Below, one piece after another: positions 25,633 to 39,199 of a DNA stretch of 64,000 nucleotides (position 1 is the stretch's first letter; each line of letters opens with the position of its first letter). This stretch comes from the human T2T-CHM13v2.0 reference genome, Homo sapiens. The DNA is taken from the NCBI RefSeq assembly GCF_009914755.1, contig NC_060929.1. One strand, given 5' to 3'. The notes under the pieces are model-generated. The model saw only the letters and a program-made list of their open reading frames with translations, had not been told where the DNA came from and did not search any database. Made by a program: the position numbers and the translations under genes.

Positions 25633-25744
25633 TCATAGACATTCTGTCAGTTCTCATGACTTCTCACTGTAGTCAGAGATGTCTCTCCTTACATTATCAT
25701 ACCTTACCTTGAGGAGAAAGCCAAGAAACAAACAAGTAGGAACT

Positions 25745-25860
25745 TCCTTCATTCATTTATTTAGGTTTTATGTATGCTTTTATTTGTAGCGTTTCTTTGA
25801 TTACCTGCTATGTGCAAGGTACTGTGCTAGGTGCTGTAGGGCTTAGTGGCAAATATTCTA
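25745..25860 (-). mobile_element. L2 3' end
   Basis: TTCATTCATTTATT...CTGCTATGTGCAAGGTACTGTGCTAGGTGCTG. Confidence 0.75.
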
Positions 25861-26354
25861 GTTAGCTATTTGTGTGTAGAAAAGTTATATATACATAGCG
25901 ACTTTTCTTCTTTCCCAAGTCACCACATAGAAGCTCAGAGTTTAGGTTAAAAAAAGTTCTGTTCACTGTTGTTTGGATAGAATTCCAGCTTCAGGCATAC
26001 TCAGAAACTTGGTCTAAGTCAAAAATGGAATAGTCATCTCACATGAGGCAGCTTTTCTACCCAAGGGATTTCAAAATAGTCTCAAGACTTTGCAAGAACT
26101 GGGAATCTGTAGAGGTAAGACCTGTGTAGAAATTGTATAGAAGTACAAACATGTGGTTATACCTTCTATTGCTCAGAAACATATTTGGAAAAGTTTTTTT
26201 ATTGCCTTTTTTTGTATATGGACAGGTTATTTCACACTAACTTTAGGGAAACCATAAATGTAAAGCTCTATACAAAAGCCCTTTCCTACCCCCTGTGTCT
26301 TAAAAGGTGAGCTGCCATGGTGGCTGGCGGTGCAGTGGGATGTGTCTTTGGGGA

Positions 26355-26615
26355 GGTACAGTGGTTAAGGGTGTGAGCTCTCAAGCCAGGCTGTCTGGCT
26401 AGAAATCCTAGCACACTTATGAGATGTCAGACCTTGGACTCAGAACATCATATCTTAATCCTAACTTCTCTGATGATTCTCAGCTTCCCCACAGTAAAAT
26501 GAGGTGAACAACAGTTCCCAGCTCGTAGGATTGTTGTGCAGATTTCATGAGCTAATACTCCTAGTGGGCCCGCTTGTCACAGGGCCTGGCACAGAGAAAG
26601 TAAAAATTATTGTTG
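26355..26615 (+). mobile_element. MIR
   Basis: CAGTGGTTAAGGG...CTCAGCTTCCC...GTAAAATG...GCCTGGCACAG. Confidence 0.75.
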
Positions 26616-26624
26616 ACAATCCAT

Positions 26625-26995
26625 CCTAAAATGAACATGCTCCATGTTCCCTGCTGCAGCTGCACAGACCATCTTTTAATCCCTCAAATATGCTGCACTC
26701 TCAGTCTTCTATTGGCCCTTTGCCCATGCTCTTTCCTCTGCCTGGACCTTCTTTTCTACTCTGGCCCCCTCTGCCTTTCTAATCTCGTTCATTTTTCATG
26801 TCCCATCACAGATATTTTCTCTAAGAAGCCTCTTTAGCCCCAAGACTGGTTCCATGTCTTTTTCGTGTGCTCCATAAATACCCTGCCCAGACCTCCGTCA
26901 TGGTAACCCACCACCTTGTGTTCTCATCCCCTCACTGAGCTATGAGTTCCATGAAGCCAGGGCCTGTCTATCTTGGTCTCTGTAGCATCTCAAGC
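26625..26995 (+). mobile_element. L2 fragment
   Basis: GGCCCTTTGCCCATGCT..TTCCTCTGCCTGGA; CTATGAGTTCCATGAAG.CAGGG. Confidence 0.7.
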
Positions 26996-27574
26996 AAAAG
27001 AAATTAATGAAACATAGACCTGTGTGTGGTATGAGCTTCCACTGGAAGGACCTCTACTTTGGAGAGCCAATCCCAGGCACTGTGGAGACCCCCGAGTATG
27101 GTGCTCCGTGTGACCCTTTCTCATAGACTATCTTGGAAAAGGTCCTAGTCAGTTCCCAAGTGGAATGTCTGTTCCTCCAAGCAACATTTTGTTGGCTGCC
27201 AAAGGGCAGACACGTTCTTTAGCTTTGCAGAGCTCCGATTCAGGTTTCAGATACAGCCATAAAGATTTTCCAAGGATGTTCTTGCCTGGGACCACTGGCC
27301 AAGGCTCTCTCCACAGCACACTAGATTTACTTGCCTCTTTCTTCCTCAGACCACTGTCTCAACCCTCATTAGCATTTCTCTATCCTGGTTCTTACAATGG
27401 CATATTTGTCTCCGTTTCATTCCAAATGAATTGCAATTAGCTACTGGGCTTGCCGGTTGGCTAATTTCTCAGAAAGGCTATGTTCTTGGTGATGAGACAC
27501 TTTTGTGCTATTTCTATTCAACCCATCAACCTTCCTGTCAAATTAATTCCTCTCAGATTAATGTAAGAACCACT

Positions 27575-27815
27575 GCTATCATAGTAAACATTTATTAAGT
27601 GCTTTTCTGTGCCAGATGCTGTGTGAGTGCTTTACATGGGTTATCTTATTTAATTTTTATAACACCCTGTAAATTATTAGCATCCCCCTTTGCAGCTAAG
27701 GAAATTGAAGCAGGGAGAGATTAAGTCATTTGTTCAAGGTACACAGAAAGAAATTGACAAAACAGGAACTCAAACTCAGGTCTGCATAACTTCAAAGGCT
27801 GTGCTCTTAACCATG
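27575..27815 (-). mobile_element. MIR
   Basis: CATTTATTAAGTGCTT...TGCCAG...AAGGAAATTGAAGCA...AAGTCATTTGTTCAAGG. Confidence 0.85.
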
Positions 27816-28314
27816 AGGCTCCATCACTGCCCTATAATTTTCAGTTATTATAATGTCCCCATTTGAAAGTACCAGGTACACTCAAAAATATACACTTTGT
27901 ACCCAAAGTGACTTAGCTATCATGATCTTACTAAACCCATGCTTTTTGTGTTACATTCTAGCTTCCATTTTATCTTTTGTTTGAAGGGTAAATGGGATGG
28001 AAATATTTCATTTTCTCCTCTTCTTTCTTTTGGAATCAGGCATTGTTTTATTTGTTTTGGATTTAAGATTGAAGGTTATGAGATTGTCAATGGATAGATA
28101 GCTGGGCTAGTGTCCTGCCAGCAAGATTCATTTGATGATTTTGTGTTAATGGGAGCCACGTTTCTTCTCTTTGAGGACTGGCAGGCTTCACCCATCTGCA
28201 AAAAACGATCTTAGTTACGAGAGGTATTGAAGCGGTCATATGGACAGCTCTGCAGGCAAATCCACTCTTGTTATTTAACAAAATACTCTAAGATGTTCTC
28301 TAAACTGCCTCCAT

Positions 28315-28318
<4 letters not shown>

Positions 28319-28350
<32 letters not shown>
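28319..28350. repeat. (TG)16 microsatellite
   Basis: Read directly. Confidence 0.98.
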
Positions 28351-28352
<2 letters not shown>

Positions 28353-28589
28353 CACGCACGTGCAAGCATGCTGTGTTTGAAGATTAAGAATAGAGGGAGA
28401 AGAGAGGTTGGAAATCAGTAACTCCCAGTTTTGCTTTCAAAGTAAGTCCTTGTGATTCACCAAATTTGGAAAATGAAGTTTGATAAATATAGCAACTTGT
28501 TCATTCTTTTTCAAATTGCTTTTATATAAAAACTCCGGTAGAGGAAGAACTTAATACTTCTCAGGAGGAAATAATTGTTTCAATCTCAT

Positions 28590-28720
28590 CTTAATTCATT
28601 TATCAAATACTTATTGAGTGTCTAATATTTGTCAGACATGCTGAGCACTTGGGGTGTGGAGGTGAATAAGAAGTCAAAATCCTTGCCCTCACTAAATTGA
28701 GAGAATGAATACAAATACTT
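28590..28720 (-). mobile_element. L2 3' end
   Basis: ATTCATTTATCAAATACTTATTGAGTG...CCTTGCCCTCA. Confidence 0.7.
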
Positions 28721-30353
28721 AGATAGTGAACAAAATTAACTTGGCATTGGAACATGAGAAAGGAAGAACTGTCTCACAGGTATTGTTAACACATGGTTGG
28801 ATGAGACTCTTGGCTGGAATATAAAATGGAAGAAACAATCTTCTCTTGCCTTTGATAATAATCTGTTATTAGGAAAGCATTTTCCACATTTTTGACCTAG
28901 CCTGCTGTTGATAGCCACCACAGTTAATATTCTATTGCCTCTTCTTTTCTCTAAGTAGCTTGATAAATTCTTGATTTACTGTGGTTTTATTGGTCAGAAT
29001 ATGGAAGAAACCACATGAGATTACTATTGTTTCTCCTATGAACAACAGACCACTGATTGGTGATGAGGAAAGGATGGGAATCTTGCAGAAAGTGACACTC
29101 CATTAAAGCTAGGGGATTCTGGGCATTTACATGTGTGTCCCAGGTTTTGGGAAGCTAGCTTTCAAATGACTGAGGCAGGTTTGTTATGGGCAGAAATTGT
29201 AAAACAGATCTAACTCAAGAGAAATTTAGGCACCAAAGAAGGTGATTCTGACTGCCCGCTTGTGGATAATTCTAATGAACAGAAAAGAGAATGTCTAAAG
29301 CAGGCAAGGTGAATAGATTTAATCCCAAATGCCAACTCAGACTGAATGGTAGCAGAAGCTGCAGCACTAGTTGAGAAATATTCTGAGCCTAATCTAGAAT
29401 GCCACTGATAACAGATTAAACCTCAAATACACAGACGTTAGCCCCAAATCCCACAGTATAACTCCCTGAGGGTATGATTGAATTAGGATCCAAAATAATG
29501 TTAATATGCTAAACAGTGAATCAAAACCAACAAGAAAGCTAGTGAGAATAACTATATGTATATATATGTATATTTTTTTATTTAAATTCAAAATTCAGTG
29601 GTGGGTTACATTTTGGGATTGAGGAAACTTGATAGTGGTTCAGGAAGAAAGATTTGACCCTAAGTTCCACATAAATCATAGAATTATGGGCTCCAAAATA
29701 TCCTAGAACCATAGTGGGCTTTCTAGGGTTGTACAAGGTAGCTCAACATTAGCCACTCCTCTGTAACTGAATTTTAAAGTGTCCCCTCCTCCTAGCCTGC
29801 CGCTTTGCTTGTAGACTGGAGTGTCTGCATAAGCCCTAGATTTCAGGAGTTGGACTTTTCTGTCTCTGAGACTAGGAAGGAGCATGCTCATATAGAAACA
29901 AAGGGGGAAGTTCCCTAGAAAAGACCAGTAACTCTTTATTTTTGAAAGAGGCCAGATTTGGAATCAGTAAAAAATAAAAATGCATCAAATGATTTTGCAA
30001 ATGCATGGGTTTTTGAAAAGCTGGAAATGTGTTTTGCCCCACATGCTCTATCCTTAAACACACCCACATGCACTTCAGGAAGAATTTCATCCATATGGTA
30101 CATTCATTGCAAGTTAACTCATCAAGATCACTATTGTGTCAGAACCATTTGATTTCCAAGTTGCCATTTAAGTTGTTCCAAAAAAGCTCCTGAAAGCTTA
30201 TTTTCTTGAGCTAGGATATGGAGTTTGGTAAAAGAAATCAAGAGAATGTGGATTTTTCAGTTTGATCTTAACACGGAGGGAACTCAATAATTTTAAGCTT
30301 GTTAGAATTCGTTCTTCTTAAAACCAGGTTGACCTTTGCCACTCCCTTTTAAG

Positions 30354-30409
30354 GATAATGATAATGATGGCGATGATTGATGATGATGGTGATGATGATG
30401 ATAATGATT
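30354..30409. repeat. Degenerate (GAT)n
   Basis: GATAATGATAATGATGGCGATGATTGATGATGATGGTGATGATGATG. Confidence 0.85.
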
Positions 30410-31854
30410 GTGGTTATTTGACTCATTGGATTTAAGTTATTTTTCTGATTGTTCTTTGAGCAAACTTTTTCCTAATAATTATGACTGCAAAAATACAGCA
30501 GTTGTAAAAACTAGAAAGGAAAGTTAGAAAATAGCCAGAGTAGTTAGGCTACAAGCATTGGCATAGATTAAGGACATTAAGTTTGCAGGCAGAAAACAGT
30601 CTGGGAATAGACTTTCTAAGTAGAAAGCATTTAATTAGCTCTCACTTAGTTTTTCTTCATGTAGGAAGGCAAATTCCAGGGTTAGGAAGCCAACAGCTGG
30701 TTTGGTAACCAGCATCCAGTCACCATCTGTTTGCCGTCCAACTAACAAGAGAGGATGAGGACCTGGCCTAACTTAACATAGTGAGTGCAAGTTGGAATAC
30801 AGGTTTCCAATCTCTGTGTAGTGGGCATTTGCTTTTTTTTTTTCACTAGTTTTCATAGTCTTCTTCTTTAATTGCCTTTCCACTAAAGACAGGGAGAAAG
30901 ACTACAGCAATATTCTCTGGCATCCTACATAAGTAAGTAAAATTAACCCACCTGTAGATTTAAACTCACAATTTCGGTCTTATGAAGACATGGTCTCATG
31001 ATTGGTCCTAGTTCTGTTTTCAGGTGAATGCCCCAGGTGTTGTTTGACTCAATGGGTGATGACTATTGATTGAGGGGGTAAACAATTCTACTTTATAGTC
31101 TTTGGTATATTTACCTTTTTTCAGTTGATATTTGAGGAGAGGGGCATGAAAAATTTTAGCTAAATTGAGATTCATAATAAGAGAGATAGTATAGGTACCA
31201 CGTGTGGGTGATTGCAAATAATCTCAACTCAGGTATTTTAGTGGGTGCAATGAAGGGCCATGGATAATATTTAAGCAGAGAAGAGAAGAGAAGTGGATTT
31301 AGCATCTCTCATTTTAATACTGGCAGCCTCTGGAAAGCATTATTTGTTATGCACTGTATTATTATTCCAGAGAAATAGTTAGCGTCAAACAGGTCTTCCT
31401 TCATCTCCTTTGCCTTTTCTAGCCAAATAACTTTGAACATTTTTTGGTGACTAGAAATCATCAGTGTAGGCTGTAAGTTATAACAGGTACAGATAAGTTG
31501 CACATTCATGGGTGCTAGGTGTTTATTTTCTCAAGGAGGTCATAAAAAACGCACATTTACCCAAGCAACCCTTTATAATATTCTAGTTCTGGGCTCCTTT
31601 CGAGATTCCAATACTTTCTCTAAGGCCAATAGAACTGTTAAATTGGTGCCAATATTTTATAAAATAGCAAGGATGGTGTTGATTTTGAAAACAAAAATGG
31701 AAATGGTGCTTGTCCAAGGAAGGAAACAAGACAAATTTAGATGTGCGAAAACTCACTGTCTCAGGAAGAAACTTCCCAGGTAGCTGGCTGACCAGATTTG
31801 CTGCATGAACAGTTTCTAAGAGCTTTCAGTTCAGACTCTTAAAAAAGCCTGAGT

Positions 31855-32180
<326 letters not shown>

Positions 32181-32612
32181 CAAGGCCTGAGTTCCAGTTA
32201 CAAACTGTGGGTTCTCTCATTCTTCATTGTTATGGTTCTGATTCCAGCCCTTTTGGGGCAAAGAGTGGTAAGTAAATAGAGGAAAGGTGAAGGTTTTGGG
32301 TCAAACATTCTATCCAAACATAATAACCATATATTAAAGAACTGTTTTTTCCCCATATTATCTAATTCATTCTCTGACCAACAAGGAAATATTCTATGAA
32401 TAAAAAAAAAAGATTATACTGTTTTAAGGAAATTAGAAATTGTATCACCATGGTAGAATTTAGTTTTATACGTGATTAAAAATTATCACTTCTTTGGCAA
32501 GCTCTTTTTTTTCTTTTAAATGTTCTAAGGGTTTGCCTTATTTTGCTTCAACTTATTTTATTTTTTCCTATCTCTGTTATTTCTAAATCCAATTTAAAAA
32601 TCTCATCATATA

Positions 32613-32840
32613 TTGAGAACACATGAACACACAGAGGGCAACAACACACACTGGGGCCTACTGGAGGGTAGAAGGTGGGAGGAGGGAGAGGATCAGGAAA
32701 AATAACTAATGGGCACTAGGCTTAATACCTGGGTGATGAAATAACCTGTACAACAACCCCCCACGACACATGTTTACCTATGTAACAAACCTACACATCT
32801 TGCACATGTGCACCTGAACTTAAAATAAAAGTAAAAAAAA
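32613..32840 (+). mobile_element. L1PA13-like short 3' end
   Basis: GGGAGGAGGGAGAGGATCAGGAAAAATAACTAATGGG...CTGAACTTAAAATAAAAG; TSD TCATCATATA. Confidence 0.9.
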
Positions 32841-32881
32841 TTCATCATATACATCTCCTGGTTATTGCTTATTTTTACTTC

Positions 32882-32972
32882 TTTTTAAAACATTTGTTTT
32901 AGGTTCAGGGGTACATGTGCAGGTTTCTGATATAGGTAAATTGCATGTCAAGGGGGATTTGGTGTACAGATT
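32882..32972 (-). mobile_element. L1PA15/16-like extreme 3' end (about 90 bp)
   Basis: TTTTAGGTTCAGGGGTACATGTGCAGGTTT...GGTGTACAGATTA. Confidence 0.85.
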
Positions 32973-33164
32973 ACTGATTTTTACTTCTATTTGCATTAAA
33001 TCACTCTTTGAAGTACACATATAGCGACAGAATAGAAAACTACAATATATTCCTGAAGAATACATTAAGTGCTCAGTAAAAGTTTGTTCTATTAAGTAGC
33101 AAAAATAAGGTCTAATGGAAGATTCTCATTGCCTAGAACCACTTCATTGATTCTTGCAAATTCA

Positions 33165-33235
33165 TATTAATTCAGCAAATATTTGTTGATTACCACTTAT
33201 CTATGTGCCAGACACTGCTGCAGGTGCTGAGGACC
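33165..33235 (-). mobile_element. L2 3' end
   Basis: ATTCAGCAAATATTTGTTGA...TATGTGCCAGACACTG...AGGTGCTG. Confidence 0.7.
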
Positions 33236-33259
33236 TCTCTGAACACATTTAAGCTGAGG

Positions 33260-33825
33260 TTTCATTCTACTTACTGTGGCTTCGCTATGAGTCACCCTTG
33301 AACTCAGTGGCATAAAACAATGTATTATGCTCATGGATTCTCTGGGTCAGGAATTCTAACAGAGTATAGTAGAGACAGCTTGTCTCTGCCACACAGTGTC
33401 TGGGGCCCAGCTGGGAGGTGCTTGAAGGCTGAGGCTTGGAACCATTTGACGGTCTGCTCCCTCACATATCTGGTGGTTGTCACTCGCCGTCAGCTGTGTG
33501 TCTGCACTCCTATACAGGCCTTTCCATGTGACCTGCTCTCCTTACAGCGTGGTGGCTGGGTTCTGGGGGTTAGCCTCCCAAGAGAGAGTCATTGAGCCAG
33601 GTGGAAGTTCTATTGTTTTTTATCAGTTAGCCTTGGAAGTCACGTAGTGTCGCTTCTGCCAGACTCTTTCAGTTAAGACGGTTACAAAGACCCACTTCGA
33701 TTCAATGTAGAGAAACATAGACACCATCTCTTGATGTAGGAGTTTCAACATATTATAAGAAGAAGAGCAGAAGGGATAAGATATGTATTGGTGTGGTCAT
33801 CTTTGAAAAAATCCAATCTGCCACA
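33260..33825 (-). mobile_element. MLT1 (G/H-like) MaLR solo LTR
   Basis: TCAGTGGCATAAAACAA...GGGTCAGGAATT; ends GGTCATCTTTGAAAAAATCCAATCTGCCACA, the reverse of the MLT1 5' end. Confidence 0.85.
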
Positions 33826-34307
33826 GTCTGAATGACAAGATGCAGTTAGGAATGTGAAAACCAAGAAGAAGAATATTCTTGGAAAGGGCCTTGGTGGAAA
33901 CTAACCTGGTGGATAGTTGGGCCATAGGTAGAAGGCCAGGGTAGCAGGATATAAAGAGAAGGGCAAGAGTGCTACAAGGTAAACTTGGAGAGTTGGGCAG
34001 GGGCAAGGCCACGGAACACTGAGAACTGCCTCTGCTCTAGGCAAAAGGTAATGAAGACCGGGTTTGTCTTGGGGATCATTCATACCTTTGCGGGAATCTC
34101 TTACTGTTTCTTTGGTCAGTTTGACAATTGGGGCCTATATTTCTCTAGATTCTCATAGCACTCTTCTTAGCAGTGCTTTCGTTTGAAATTCCTGCCGGTC
34201 TAAATTTTTCCCTTACTAGACATTGGACACTGTGGGGTAGGGTGGGGAATATAAAGAATCATTTGATTTCTCCAGCTTTTCAAGGACCTTTTAATCTATT
34301 TGAATAG

Positions 34308-34310
<3 letters not shown>

Positions 34311-34354
<44 letters not shown>
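34311..34354. repeat. (CA)n, one interruption
   Basis: Read directly. Confidence 0.97.
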
Positions 34355-34379
34355 GATGTAAATTTAAATATGAGTTAGT

Positions 34380-35140
34380 ACAAGTTTTGTCAAATATGCA
34401 GTAAGAACCACATGTGCTTCAGAAGTCAGAAAAAGAAGAGATAATCAAATATCTAACTAAAAAGAATTCATTGCAGTAGGTCTAAAGGAAAATATTGTAC
34501 ATCTATCTACATCAATGCTTAAAACTTCTATTTTTAGAAGTAGAAAGAAATGCCATAGACGAAATAAAAAGATGAATGATAAACGAGAAAAAAATTCACT
34601 GCACACATGACAAAGGCCACTGTTAGACAGAGATAGCTTATACCAGTCACTGCACAAAACAGAAAAATTAAAAAATGAGCAAAAGTACAAAGCAGAAGTT
34701 CACAGAAAGGAAAATATAAGCAATAATCGTGAAAAGATATTCAACCTCATCAGAATAAATAAAATAAATCACTTTCACCAAATTGACAATGTTGACATTT
34801 GGTAAAACTCAGCATTGGTGAGTATGTGGGGAATATCAGCACTGTTGTAAACGATTGGTATAAACTTTTTCAATGGAAACTTGGCAATATTTAGCATTTA
34901 GCATTTAAAATGAGTATTTTCTTTGCTTTGGCATTTCAAGGTTTGAAAATAATCTTATGGTTATACTTACTCCTATATGCACTAATATACATTTGAAGAT
35001 ATAAATTTTTATAGTATTTATTTGGTTATTTTTATAATAGCAAAAAATTAAAATTACCCAGATAACCTTCATTAGGGAACCAGGTTTATAATTGTGGCCC
35101 ATTCAGAGGAGTATGAACCCTGAAATATCATGCAGAGGGT
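34380..35140 (+). mobile_element. Old L1 (L1ME-type) ORF2 end/3' UTR fragment
   Basis: TTAAAACTTCT; TTCACAGAAAGGAAATATAA; GAAAAGATATTCAACCTCA; CTTGGCAATAT. Confidence 0.7.
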
Positions 35141-36275
35141 GGAAAATTAAACAGTGCTGAGAAAGAGAAGGATAAACGCCAGCCAATTCATAGACTATTA
35201 AATAGAGCAAGAAAGTGGGGGACAAAGGAAGAACATGACATCACAGTGACGAATTCTTCACAAAAGGTGATAGATTTGCACTAAAGAGCAATGGGATATT
35301 TGTAAAGAAGATATCATGTTATTAGTGACCTATTTGTATCCCATTGGTTTTCTAACCTCAAGAACATTTAAAATCTCAGACTTAAAATTTCTATCTAAAC
35401 ATAACAATTGTAAGCACACTGTTCATGATACTTGCTCCCTTCGAAATGCAGGCATAGTTGGAACTTTGTAAAGCATGGGAAGGCAAAAGATAGAAGTCTA
35501 CAAATCTTGAAGGCCCAAGTAGACCCCAAGTAGGAATGATCATCTTTTCTTGCTTAACTCAGTTCTTTCCATCCACCCTATCCTCATCCTTTCATATTCC
35601 CAACACCCCCACAACTCTGATACCAACTCAAAATGAGGGAGGAGCAGACTTGTGAGGTGTCTGCCTCACAATTCAGTGATGAATTCAGCCTGCCTCATTT
35701 CAGTGATGTCTGCTACTGAAATTAGGGTAGAGTACTTTTGCAATTATAGCTTGGAATAGAATTTTCTCAAAGGTGGAAATTTTTTAGATTTGATATGAGG
35801 AGTCAAAGAGGTAAAACAATGTTTTATGACTTTTTGACTTTAAACTGAGAGTATTATTTATAGCCTATGCTTTGGCACACCCAGCCAGCAAGGATGACAA
35901 ACAGTATAATTTGAGGGGCACCAAAGAACCTAAGATATGACAGCATATCAGTGCTTGACATTCCCACCAATAACTTCATTATCTAAGGACCTTGTAGAGA
36001 CATGCTCGGAAGACATTTAGTATTATTTTTTAATTTTAAGATTAAAATAAGTGAACAAGATCTTAAAGGAAAAGATCAAACATGATAGAAGGTATATGAT
36101 AAAAACTAAAATTCTTTCTACTCCTTTCAGCCTAGAATTCTATACTTCAAAGGCTACCATTAACGTTTCAGAAACTGTATATCCTTCCAGAATTGGATTA
36201 TGTACATTTTATATATTTAACAGTATGTGAACTGGTGGTCATTTACCTACCTCTTTCTCACTAAGAAAGTTTTTA

Positions 36276-36613
<338 letters not shown>

Positions 36614-36790
36614 TCAATGATAAAAGTCTGTCTTCCACACGCATATGCATGCACATACTCATTCTATGGCAGTTAAGAGCAAAATTCCAAGTTAAACAGA
36701 ATACCAACGACAGTCTGGAAGGGAAAAAGACAGCACACAAAGGTAGAAGGCAGCTTTTGGATTGAAAAAAAAAGGATCCATGGCTTTAGT

Positions 36791-37401
36791 CTTTTCTTTT
36801 TTTTTAATTTTATTTTAAGTTCTGGGATACATGTGCAGAACATGCAGGTTTGTTTCATAGGTAAACATGTGCCACATGATAGTGGTTTGCCACACCTATC
36901 AACCCATCACCTAGGTATTAAGCCCTGAGTACATTAGCTATTAATCCTGATGCTCTCCATCCCCCTGCCCCCAAGACAGGCTCCAGTGTGTGGTTCCCAT
37001 CCCTGTGTCCATATGTTCTCATTGTTAAGCTCCCACTTATGAGTGAGAATATGCAGTATTTGTTTTTCTGTTCCTCTGTTTACTGAGGATGATGGCTTCA
37101 TCCACATCCCTGCAAAGGACATGATCACATTCCTTTTTTATGGCTGCATAGTATTTCATGGTGTATATGTGCCACATTTTCTTTATCCAGTCTATCATTG
37201 ATGGGCATTTGGGTTGATTCCATGTCTTTGCTATTGTGAATAGTGTTGCAATAAACATTCACGTATATGTATCTTTATAGTAGAATGATTTATCTTCCTT
37301 TGGGTATATACCCAGTAATGGGATTGCTGGATCAAATGGTATTTCTGGCTCTAGATCCTTGAGGAATCACCACACTGTGTTCCACAATGGTTGAACTAAT
37401 T
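36791..37401 (-). mobile_element. L1PA7/8-like 3' end, about 0.6 kb
   Basis: TTTAAGTTCTGGGATACATGTGCAGAAC; ORF 37037..37258 (MFIATLFTIAKTWNQPKCP) is the ORF2 C-terminus. Confidence 0.95.
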
Positions 37402-37519
37402 CTCACAGGCTTCTCCAAAGCAGCTAGCGTAACCACCTTCTTCATCCTCTTTTTTACTTCCTTGAGCCATTGTGGAGATTTCTTCCCTTGGCTCCTTTAC
37501 AGATGAGAGTTCTTTACTC

Positions 37520-38090
37520 ACATCTTGGCAGCATCTATTGAAAATAAAATTTCACCCTGTGGCCCAGCAGTAACATCTCTAGGTATCTATCCTTGTAATC
37601 TTTTGCCTTTGCACAGGGGACCATGATAAGGACATTCAGTGCTGCGTGGCGTTTAAGAGGCCCAAAGTGGAAATGACCTTTAGATCTTACAGAATGGGAA
37701 TAGCTAAATAATTATGGTGAAATGATAAGAGGAAATGCCATACAGTACTTAAAATGGATGACTAAACATATATCAATATGATAGATGTCTCAAAACATAT
37801 TTTGCACTGAAAATAGCAAGTTGCAGAACAGTATGACACCATTAATGCAAAAAATCCAAACCCATATTATATGTTTTATGTGAATTATGAATATGCATAT
37901 TGTGTGCATGTAAAAGTGTGTGTATGTGTGTGGGGGACCTCACTACCTCTGGGAATATGGGGAAGGGATTAGGATGAGGATATTGGTGAAAGAGGACCTT
38001 AGCTATATCCATAATATTCTAACTTTTAAAAGTAGAATTGAGTCATACGAATTACTTGTGGAACTAAAACTAAAGTTAAAATATCTAAAG
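37520..38090 (+). mobile_element. Old L1 (L1ME) 3' fragment
   Basis: CTTGGCAGCATCTATT...GGCCCAGCAGT..CTCTAGGTATCTATCC; AGCAAGTTGCAGAA. Confidence 0.7.
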
Positions 38091-39199
38091 AATTATTAGA
38101 CTTCTGCCTTTAAAGAATGTCTGGATAGGGTAAAATAATCAAGCTGGGTTCTGTGGAACACTTGTGCTCTGTCAGATAGCATTGGGCATTTGTTGATTTC
38201 TAATGTCATTAATCATACAGAGGTCAGAGAGTGAAACAGAATTGGCACTGGACTCAGAGGGATCAGAAAACTCAGACTTTGCTTCCATCTTCACTTTCTG
38301 CCAGGGAGCTTGTCAAGGATGAAATGGCTCTAAATGGCTCTATAATGGCTTTCCTTTTAGTGGTGTTATAATATTTTGTTAAATATATGTCTTTAGATTT
38401 TAGGACTTTGTTTCAGGCCTTTGTAAATAAGAGGATAGGTGGGAGAGGTAAAGAATGTATTCTTTCTGCCATCTACATAGAAACTCAGAATCTTTGCGAT
38501 CTAGTAAATGTTCAAAGGAGGCTGCCAATGGCCTATTTGCAATATTAAAAGATGAGATGAGACCTAACAGGACCTAACAGACGACATCTATCGTCTCTCT
38601 TGATAAGCTCCTCTCTGTTCTCTCCCATTTCGTGATATAGGAAATCATGTTGTGTGACAGGAGTAGGTTGGAATTGGAGGAAGAGATCTCAGGCAGTTGT
38701 TGTCAGTTTGGGGCTCTGTAAATTCTTTGAGAAAACTTTTCTGGGTCAGGTTAATTCCTGGACTCTCAAGGGCAGGGGAGGGAGGATGCCATGAGGTCAA
38801 TGAAATCCCTTAAGATTCTACTGGTCTTAGCGTTCTATATTTTTAATTTTATGCCCCAGAATCGAGGGGACATGGTCATGGGAGAATGTGGCTTTATAGC
38901 CATAATGGTAATCTCCTCCTCGAAAACAGTTGGGTGCTCAAATAGGGAAACACTGGGTAAAACAAAGTTAATATGTGTCTGTACTGCAGGACTCTTCAGA
39001 GCCTTTAAAATGTCTGTCCACACAGGGATTCTCCAAAATTAGGGTAGCATATGCAATGGGTTTCTACATGTGTTTGGCTTTTTCTCTCTTCCCTCCTTAC
39101 CTACACCTGTAGTAGATAGCATCTATAGAATATTGGATGGTAAAAGGCAGAATGAGAAAGTGCTACCTCATCTTAGTGAAGGTGAAGTTCTCAAATTGC

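Noticed and set aside
35670-35723. Box C (TGATGA) and box D (CTGA) with a short terminal stem
   Set aside because: Only about 54 nt, too short for a typical C/D snoRNA, and no recognisable rRNA or snRNA guide.
38321-38350. Short tandem AAATGGCTCT repeats (and ACCTAACAGG x2 at about 38562)
   Set aside because: Ordinary slippage duplications; no repeat-spacer architecture, so not CRISPR-like.
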